NCBI GenBank assembly: GCA_000146465.1 | Contig: CP001945.1 | Length of the DNA stretch: 64,000 bases | Direction: 5' to 3' (one strand) | Shown: in pieces, positions 57,390-64,000 of the stretch | How the letters are laid out: every line of letters starts with the position of its first letter | Numbering within the stretch: the first letter of the stretch is position 1 | Program-made: the position numbers and the translations under genes | The notes under the pieces: generated by a model | What the model saw: the letters and a program-made list of their open reading frames with translations, nothing else | Told to the model about the DNA's origin: nothing | Database searches by the model: none

Positions 57390-59996
57390 TTAAAGGTACA
57401 GACTTGGCAGGAATATAATATCCCTCTTCATGGATGCAGATGCATCTTCAATCTTTTTTTCTAGATCTTTATCTCCTATCATTGCAGATATACTTATCAA
57501 CTCCCTACAACATTCTTCAAGTCTCAATATTAGCCTTACAAAAGTCCCCTCGAGAACATCATATTTAGATACTATCTTTACCAGTGACGATCCATTGCAC
57601 CAATCATAAACTGCATCTACAAGGGAGAAATTCAAGGGCGGAAAAGGCGGAATAGATAATTCATCTAGGTCTTTGGATAGTCTCGCGAAATATTCCTTCA
57701 TTATTTCACATTCGCTGCGGAGACTCTCTCCTGGTTCTTCTTCTCCGCCTTCTTCATGTATCATTGAAGACATCAATGAAATGATTTTACGCCCACACAT
57801 CTCTTTGAATTCATTTGAGAATATCATCTCAACAACCAAAACCTCATTAACCGTATGTATCTCTGCTCCCGCTCTCCCCTTCATTGTTATGGTCCCGTCA
57901 ACAAATCCTTTCCTTCTGAGGAATTCCATCCTGTTGTTATACTCATCTATCATCCCAAGGCTACAAGCATTATATTTTGTGCTTATCTTTTCTATTTCCT
58001 TTCTTCTGTGAAGCATATCTAATGCACTTAAGTAGTGAAGATCAAACTCCTTGCAGTCCTTCTCTTCGGATATTAGGTAATCATACCAACTCTTGAGTTT
58101 TCTTATCTCCAGCACATCCATTACATTTGTCGTATTATAGTTCCAGAAAGCCCTCCCATCTTCCAGTACACAGAAAACATCTGCAAGATCAACTTTACTT
58201 CTATCCAGAGGCTTTCTGATGTTTAGGGGATGAGCCAGAAACCTTGTGGAAATTGGAGAGCTACTCTGGAATTCCCCTTCTTGCTTCAGAAGCACAGACG
58301 TTCCCAAAACCTTCTCAACAGTTCCTACGGAGTTATTCTTCAATAGAATCTGTCTTCCCTCCCCCAAAACGTTGTATTTTCCAATTAATTTCCAATTCTT
58401 AGCGCATATCTCCTCAACAGCATTGATGTACTTTGCCAGGTCTCCACATACACTGCACTCTTTCCCTTGGTAACGCTCTAGTTCAGACAGTTTTTTCATA
58501 TCCTTCTCATAGTTCCTCTGGCTCCTATGCTCCCCATAACTTCTTCTCATTAGGTCTTCCACCCTAATGTTTGATCTTAGTGATATAAGAATAAGGCCAA
58601 AGCTTAGCTTAAATTGACTGGATAGGCTGAATGGTGCACCTTGTATAATCCCTTGAATAGTTGAAAGAGGTGGCATTTTTGGATCTGCTATCATCACTGT
58701 TCCTACTGCATCCATCCCTCGTCTCCCAGCTCTTCCACTCATCTGAATGTACTCTCCAGACGAGACATATCGGAAGGTTCCATTATCGATTTTACTAAGA
58801 GATAAAAACACACAGCATTTGGCTGGCATGTTCACTCCCATTGCAAATGTTTCAGTAGCTATAAGGAGTTTGACCAGGTTCATGGAAAAGAGAAGCTCCA
58901 CACATTCCTTAACAAAGGGGAGTAGAGAACCGTGATGCACTGCAACTCCATTAAGCACCATCGAAGACATGTTAAGAACCTGAGGCAAGTTCTTATCCTC
59001 GGAAGAGAGGCACTTGGTGGCCTCGTTGAGAAACATCTTTACTTCCTCTCTACTTTTTGCATCGTTCAAGTTCAAAGTCCTGAGGATCTCGGCATAATCT
59101 TCGCACCTTCTTTTTGAAAAGCAAAAGAATATCGCTGGAGTAAGCTTTTTCTTGACAACAAAATTGGCCAGGTCCAGTATCTTAAACTTCCCCGTAGGCC
59201 TATTCTTCTTGCTGAAAGGAACTAAATCTCCCTTGAAATTCGATGCATTTTCTGTTTTTCCTCCTTCATTAATGGTATACACATTCCAGTCGCAATATAT
59301 CACATGCTCCAAAGGAACTGCCCTTTTCCCTGTCGAAATCACATATATTGTCCGATCCTTTGTCCTTCCTACCCACTCACTAAACTCCAGGCCGTTGGGA
59401 ATTGTTGCACTTAGCATAATGAAGTTTATATTGCGAGGAATCATGATTATACATTCCTCCCACACAACTCCTCTTTCAGAATCGTTGATGTAATGAACCT
59501 CGTCAAACACAACAAACTCTGTGTCTCTCAAAAGATCTCCATTTCTGTACACAAGGTTCCGAAGAATCTCAGTCGTCATCACAAGGCATTTCGCAGTGGG
59601 GTTAACCTGCACATCCCCCGTAATAATTCCAACGTCGTCGTACTTCTGCTTGAAGTCGTGGTACTTTTGATTGCTCAATGCCTTGATGGGCGATGTATAA
59701 ATAGTCCTTGTCCCATGCTTCTGTGACAGAGAGATGGCATATTCGGCCACAAGAGTCTTTCCGGAACTTGTATGCGCAGAAACGAAAACAGATGAGTTCC
59801 TGCTTAAAAAATAAAATGCCTGCTTCTGGAAAGTATCGGTCTCAAAGTCTATGTTCAGAATCCTCTCGTCAACATACTGTGAATAGTCCGAGGGAATCCA
59901 GTTTTGCTTCACCATCACCGAATACTTTTTTTCCGTGCCTTTGGCTTCCGCTCCAGAGACATTCCTACATTCCACCTCTTCCCCGTTTTGGTTCAT
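57390..59996 (-). CDS. Ski2/Mtr4-family DExH-box RNA helicase (paralog B, 868 aa)
   Basis: FQKQAFYFLSRNSSVFVSAHTSSGKTLVAEYAI. FDEVHYINDSERGVVWEE. SATIPNG. MSGRAGRRG. C-terminal MKRDIIFLPSLYL. Confidence 0.8.
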   Translation of the reverse strand: MNQNGEEVECRNVSGAEAKGTEKKYSVMVKQNWIPSDYSQYVDERILNIDFETDTFQKQAFYFLSRNSSVFVSAHTSSGKTLVAEYAISLSQKHGTRTIYTSPIKALSNQKYHDFKQKYDDVGIITGDVQVNPTAKCLVMTTEILRNLVYRNGDLLRDTEFVVFDEVHYINDSERGVVWEECIIMIPRNINFIMLSATIPNGLEFSEWVGRTKDRTIYVISTGKRAVPLEHVIYCDWNVYTINEGGKTENASNFKGDLVPFSKKNRPTGKFKILDLANFVVKKKLTPAIFFCFSKRRCEDYAEILRTLNLNDAKSREEVKMFLNEATKCLSSEDKNLPQVLNMSSMVLNGVAVHHGSLLPFVKECVELLFSMNLVKLLIATETFAMGVNMPAKCCVFLSLSKIDNGTFRYVSSGEYIQMSGRAGRRGMDAVGTVMIADPKMPPLSTIQGIIQGAPFSLSSQFKLSFGLILISLRSNIRVEDLMRRSYGEHRSQRNYEKDMKKLSELERYQGKECSVCGDLAKYINAVEEICAKNWKLIGKYNVLGEGRQILLKNNSVGTVEKVLGTSVLLKQEGEFQSSSPISTRFLAHPLNIRKPLDRSKVDLADVFCVLEDGRAFWNYNTTNVMDVLEIRKLKSWYDYLISEEKDCKEFDLHYLSALDMLHRRKEIEKISTKYNACSLGMIDEYNNRMEFLRRKGFVDGTITMKGRAGAEIHTVNEVLVVEMIFSNEFKEMCGRKIISLMSSMIHEEGGEEEPGESLRSECEIMKEYFARLSKDLDELSIPPFPPLNFSLVDAVYDWCNGSSLVKIVSKYDVLEGTFVRLILRLEECCRELISISAMIGDKDLEKKIEDASASMKRDIIFLPSLYL

Positions 59997-60076
59997 GGGC
60001 TAGGCCCCACAGAACGTATTTCTGAAGAATAATTCCCTAAATTTCTCTGGCTCATCGTTAAATTTATTCACCAACT

Positions 60077-60961
60077 CTATCTCCTTCGGGAAGAAGCCTT
60101 TTCATTCGAATACTCGTAGTAACATCCAGCCCCCAACCGGTCCTTAATCTCTTCAAACTTCTCTGTAAATGCATTTGCATCTTCTTCATTGGCATATTCT
60201 ATAAATCCATATCCCCTATTTCTTTTGTTTTCTCCGTATATCACTCTTATCTCCTTCGGCTTACATTCGACGTCTGCAAGTATTTTCCTTATTTCGACAA
60301 TCGAATGGGCCTTGTTCAACTTTCCTAAAAAGAATCTTGTCTTGTTTTCCCAAGGCTTCTTCATCCTCTCTATATAAACAGGCTTGTTGTTCATTACAAT
60401 TTCCTCTTTGATCACAGCTTTTTTCTTGAAGGTTATAATCGCTTTACCCGTAGATATGTTATCCTTGTTCTTTTTTATTCTTATTCTCTCTATCTCTCCG
60501 TATTTTTCAAACACTTTTGAAATAGACTCTTCATTTTCTTTATAAGAGAGGTTGGTGAGTATGTATTTGTTGTCCAGATATCTTCCGCTGCTTTCTTTCT
60601 TTTCCTTCCCTTGCTTTCTGTTTGCTTTCATGTCTACAAGTGCATGTTCTTTGCTAGGATACTTCAAGATAAAATGGCCTTTTCCGTTTTCTATTGACTT
60701 GAAGTTTTTGAATGCTTCTTTTATGTCCTTCAAAGTCAGACTTCCCTTTATAACAAGAGAACATGTGGCCTCATCAAATTTAATGGCTTCAATATTCTTC
60801 TTCTTTTCCCTCGATATCTCATCCTTTTCTTTTTTTCCCTTAGAGCTTTCTTTCTTCTCCTTGCAACTTCTTGGGATATCTTCCCCCTTCAAACGTTTCT
60901 TATTCCCTTCCTTGCATTCAAGCTTACTCTTTCCTCTTCCTTCCTTTTTCATGCCATTCAT
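60077..60961 (-). CDS. RRM-containing RNA-binding protein (two RRMs, K/E-rich N-terminus; nucleolar Nop12/RBM-like)
   Basis: RRM2 KTRFFLGKLNKAHSIVEIRKILADVECKPKEIRVIYGENKRNRGYGFIEYANEEDANAF, with RNP1-like RGYGFIEY. An upstream GKAIITFKK-type RRM1. Confidence 0.55.
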   Translation of the reverse strand: MNGMKKEGRGKSKLECKEGNKKRLKGEDIPRSCKEKKESSKGKKEKDEISREKKKNIEAIKFDEATCSLVIKGSLTLKDIKEAFKNFKSIENGKGHFILKYPSKEHALVDMKANRKQGKEKKESSGRYLDNKYILTNLSYKENEESISKVFEKYGEIERIRIKKNKDNISTGKAIITFKKKAVIKEEIVMNNKPVYIERMKKPWENKTRFFLGKLNKAHSIVEIRKILADVECKPKEIRVIYGENKRNRGYGFIEYANEEDANAFTEKFEEIKDRLGAGCYYEYSNEKASSRRR

Positions 60962-61119
60962 ACTATATCTTCTAATGGGTTAATATATATCCAAAGAAAT
61001 AAGACTTCCTACATCCGCCGCATTAAAAGATTTATTAGATATGCTTTGTAATGCCTTCACCTACTTACAGAGCACTCCTCCCTACCCGTTAAAAGTGGCA
61101 AAAAATTTACCCTGAACAG

Positions 61120-61539
61120 ATGAGCAAGGAGCTTTTAGAAGCAAATCCCCTGGTTGAGATAAAGGAAGCTTACCAAAAGAAAAAGAAGTTCATCCGCCAC
61201 CACTCCGATAGGTATAAAAGAGTAAAGCCGTCCTGGAGAAAGCCTCATGGAATTGACAGTAGGGTCAGGAAGAGATGCCGGGGTGAAAGAGAAATGCCAT
61301 CCATCAAATACAAGAAGCCAAAGGAGATCAGACATCTTCTTCCAAATGGACTCAGAAAGGTGAGGATATTCAATATCAACGACCTTACTCCCCTAGCATC
61401 CTTGAACAGATTTTACTGTGGAGAGATTGCACATGCAGTAGGAGCTAGAAAGAGAATAGCCATCGTCAATCGAGCAAAGGAGCTTGGAATTTGCTTGTTG
61501 AACGGAAACGCACGTCTTGTTCAGGAAATCGAGGAATAA
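61120..61539 (+). CDS. RPL32: 60S ribosomal protein eL32
   Basis: [59 protein letters not shown]...[21 protein letters not shown] matches eL32 KKFIRHQSDRYxKIKxNWRKPRGIDNRVRRRFKGQ...MLPSGFRK...YCAEIAHNVS. CCC precedes the ATG. No intron. Confidence 0.9.
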   Translation: MSKELLEANPLVEIKEAYQKKKKFIRHHSDRYKRVKPSWRKPHGIDSRVRKRCRGEREMPSIKYKKPKEIRHLLPNGLRKVRIFNINDLTPLASLNRFYCGEIAHAVGARKRIAIVNRAKELGICLLNGNARLVQEIEE

Positions 61540-61616
61540 AACTTCAGCTGCTTTACTTCTTGTTATCCTAAGGGAAGATTTATTTAATACCGAGAAAAAT
61601 ATCCTCTGACATTCAA

Positions 61617-62378
61617 ATGAATTTAATATCCGCTTCCGATAGAGATATTATCGTCCGCATGGATGAGACTTTGATAGTGAGGGATGTCTTCAGCGGCACC
61701 ACAAGGAAAATGACTGCGCCTCCTCTGATATCCTTTATGTCTGGAAAGTATTTAGTTGACAAAGAAAAAAATTTGCATGTTGTTGACGGACCTGTTCTTA
61801 GGAACGCTTCCAAGCTAAACAGAAACATCTTTTGTTTAGTAGAGCATGAGGGAACTGCATATGTTGCAGATAGGTTTGGAGACGTCTACAGAATTGAAAA
61901 TGAAGGATGCAAATATGTGCTTGGAACTCTATCGTATTTGACGGGAATGGCTATATACAACGGAAGGATTCTATTAAGTGATAAGTACGGAAGAATTCGC
62001 ATCAGTGAAATGAATGGAAGAATATTGGACTATCGCTTTGGCTGCGACTCTATAGAATCTTTGGAATGTGTTAATGGACTCCTGATTTCAATAAGCAATA
62101 AGAATATGGTTCTATATGACGAAGAGTGTTTTCCCAGATGTACGTTTAAGCTTCCCGAAGGCATAAGAGTTATGAAGACCATTACTAAAGGAAAGAACGA
62201 GCTTGTAGTCATTTGCTTGAATTCCTATTTCTTGTTTAAGATAGAGAAAAATAGCATTGGACTTGTTTCTCATGTGAAAGAATCCATAGTTGATGGGGCC
62301 TGCATCGGAGATCTCTTTTACAAGGTGCTTCCGGATCTCACCGTTGTGGATTGCCAGGGCAGGATCTTCTATGAATAA
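61617..62378 (+). CDS. hypothetical protein, 253 aa, beta-rich (possible propeller-like repeats)
   Basis: Repeated G-x-hydrophobic beta-strand pattern. No family recognised. Confidence 0.4.
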   Translation: MNLISASDRDIIVRMDETLIVRDVFSGTTRKMTAPPLISFMSGKYLVDKEKNLHVVDGPVLRNASKLNRNIFCLVEHEGTAYVADRFGDVYRIENEGCKYVLGTLSYLTGMAIYNGRILLSDKYGRIRISEMNGRILDYRFGCDSIESLECVNGLLISISNKNMVLYDEECFPRCTFKLPEGIRVMKTITKGKNELVVICLNSYFLFKIEKNSIGLVSHVKESIVDGACIGDLFYKVLPDLTVVDCQGRIFYE

Positions 62379-62402
62379 ACATTAGTTAATCTTGGTACAG
62401 AA

Positions 62403-63164
62403 TTGATATTCTCGACTATTTATCACTTCTGTCTTCAACACCCTATGGGTAATAGCAAAAGGCATAAGACTGAAAGCTCCCCTAACATCGTGGAAAGTAC
62501 AGAGAGCGGCACCTATTCGGAATCAGTCTCCTTGGAATCTTCATCCGACGAAATTGTTTACGAGGTGGCAGATCTCTCGGTATCCAACTGGACGGATGTA
62601 TCTATACTTATGGACCAGTCCAGGATGTTTCCCTCTTCGGAAGAGTTTCTTTCATTATTTGTCAATTCCAAGGTCTTAGTAAGCGGGGATCTTATTCTCT
62701 CCTTTTGTGGTTTTCTTGAGGTGCCCAAGGTCCTTGAAATGATACACAAGAAGCTCAGGGAAGCTCTTAGCTCTTTGATTTCGACGGCAGAAAAGAACAA
62801 AATCAAAAGTAGCGAGGTTTATATATTCTATATGGAAAGGGCAGCCAATCTTCCTTTGGAAATGATTTTGAGCCTGTACAGGAGCCTTTCCTTAGGAAGA
62901 TTCAAGTACATGATATTTGTCTCGAGAGTTAAGCCGTGTGGAAAAAGAGAGGTAAAGAATCTCATGGAAGACTTCAAGGAGTATAACCCAGTGGACTTGA
63001 GCCATATCCCTGTGCGAGGAGAAGAGATCTTGCTACTATCATCCCACATAGCTAAGAAGCAGATTGGAATGAACAATAATATATTCCGACTGTTTTTGAT
63101 GGACAGGAAGATGTTTGAATCGTTTATAAAGCTCTTCGAAAAAGAAATCTCCAAAAGCATATAG
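62403..63164 (+). CDS. hypothetical protein, 253 aa
   Basis: Ser-rich N-terminus then a helical domain. No family recognised. The true ATG may be at 62445 (MGNSKRHK). Confidence 0.35.
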   Translation: MIFSTIYHFCLQHPMGNSKRHKTESSPNIVESTESGTYSESVSLESSSDEIVYEVADLSVSNWTDVSILMDQSRMFPSSEEFLSLFVNSKVLVSGDLILSFCGFLEVPKVLEMIHKKLREALSSLISTAEKNKIKSSEVYIFYMERAANLPLEMILSLYRSLSLGRFKYMIFVSRVKPCGKREVKNLMEDFKEYNPVDLSHIPVRGEEILLLSSHIAKKQIGMNNNIFRLFLMDRKMFESFIKLFEKEISKSI

Positions 63165-63225
63165 AATAAATAATGATTGACCAAATACAATTCTTATTTT
63201 CTATTTCCCTCTTGTTTCCCTGGGA

Positions 63226-64000
63226 ATGGATGAAGCTGTTGAGAAACTAGAACTAGTTTTGGAGAGCAAAGTTGAAAATCTTCCTGAGAAGATAATGGAT
63301 GCATTAGAAGACCTTGTGCAGGCATCTTTGGAATGTTCATCAGAAGAAATGGTAGAGTACGAGCTAGACGAAATTCTTATTAATGCCTTTGATAAGACAT
63401 CGCATAAGGACCACAAGAGACTTATGGAGATGCTTCTGGACCTCATGTCATGCATGCGAGATCCTCGTAACATCTATCCAGCAGTAGAGAAGTACTTTAG
63501 TCCTGAGTGCAACTTTTCGATGGATGCCGCCAAAGTAATTTTTGTGATGAAGAGGGACTTTGGATTTGAGTTTGATGGCTTTCTTAGCACTCTCCTGGAT
63601 TGTATTAGACCCGAAAACATTGAAAACGATACTGAGAGGAGACTGTTTTTTATTCTAATGGTTTTAGATAATGGTTCTGTCCCACTTGTTGTAACCAAAG
63701 CATTTGTTAAGAAGCTCTGTAATGTCTCTCTGCAGGTCAAGTCCTCATGCTGCCACAAGATACTTTGGGGAGTCCTATGGATTATGAGATTCCATCCAAT
63801 GGCATATGCGATGGCAAAGAGAGAAAGCTTTGAAAAGGATCTTGAATGGAATGTGTCTGTTACGATTAACCAATTTCAACCGTATCTATTTGAGCTTGAT
63901 ATATTAAGTGAATCTCTAAAAGGAATCCAAAAAGTTGTTAGTCTCATCAAGCGCGAGGCAATGGATGCCAAAAACAGACCAAAGCTCCTATCCCTGGACA
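63226..64000 (+). CDS. hypothetical helical-repeat protein, 5' part only (runs off window end)
   Basis: Not in the ORF track because there is no stop in the window. From the ATG at 63226, preceded by an in-frame TGA at 63178, I read MDEAVEKLELVLESKVENLPEKIMDALEDLVQASLECSSEEMVEYELDEIL...RLFFILMVLDNGSVPLVVTKAFVKKLCNVSLQVKSSCCHKILWGVLWIMRFHPMAYAMAKRESFEKDLEWNVSV, continuous to the window end. Confidence 0.5.
   Translation, partial: MDEAVEKLELVLESKVENLPEKIMDALEDLVQASLECSSEEMVEYELDEILINAFDKTSHKDHKRLMEMLLDLMSCMRDPRNIYPAVEKYFSPECNFSMDAAKVIFVMKRDFGFEFDGFLSTLLDCIRPENIENDTERRLFFILMVLDNGSVPLVVTKAFVKKLCNVSLQVKSSCCHKILWGVLWIMRFHPMAYAMAKRESFEKDLEWNVSVTINQFQPYLFELDILSESLKGIQKVVSLIKREAMDAKNRPKLLSLD

Noticed and set aside
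62445-62462. MGNSKR N-terminus as an N-myristoylation site
   Set aside because: Position 5 after Gly is Arg, not the small or Ser/Thr residue the NMT consensus requires, and the start codon choice is itself uncertain.
1-64000. CRISPR arrays, transposons, integrases, long tandem or inverted repeats, rRNA genes
   Set aside because: No direct-repeat/spacer periodicity, no transposase, integrase or reverse-transcriptase motifs, and no rRNA-like conserved stretches were seen. The composition is uniform, about 45% GC, with no island-like shifts.

Overview
The window is a gene-dense, intron-poor eukaryotic segment, about one gene per 1.2 kb with intergenic spacers often under 100 bp, and its content fits a microsporidian (Encephalitozoon-like) nuclear chromosome. 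Supporting signs are the absence of an organellar presequence on a relic pyruvate dehydrogenase E1-beta gene, GT15 (KTR-family) and DPM1 mannosyltransferases, very compact core housekeeping proteins, and CCC/GGGCCC motifs directly upstream of many start codons. About 55 protein genes and one tRNA-Leu(CAA) gene can be supported. Calls made from recognisable motifs include MCM2-like (partial at window edge), cohesin SCC3/SMC1, PUS1, PheRS-beta, two Ski2/Mtr4-like helicases, TAF13, SRP54, myosin II, eL29, eS27, CCT-theta, RPA49, DPM1, TOP3, an actin-related protein, EF-1alpha, SPO11, ValRS, eIF1A, ITPase, UFD2, thymidylate kinase, RPF2, CDC20-family, a SAC3/GANP protein and eL32. Two homeobox genes are present, one with TALE-type spacing and one typical. 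No CRISPR arrays, transposons or large repeats were seen. The most notable observations are: (1) a one-nucleotide frameshift in a G4 homopolymer splitting the PDH E1-beta gene; (2) a compact SPO11 retaining all catalytic residues, divergently paired with an uncharacterised gene; (3) a TALE-like and a typical homeobox gene about 10 kb apart; (4) a 470-bp non-coding gap containing a T9 tract, a candidate ncRNA locus; (5) the ORF track uses TTG starts and often over-extends N-termini, and CCC motifs help place the true ATGs.
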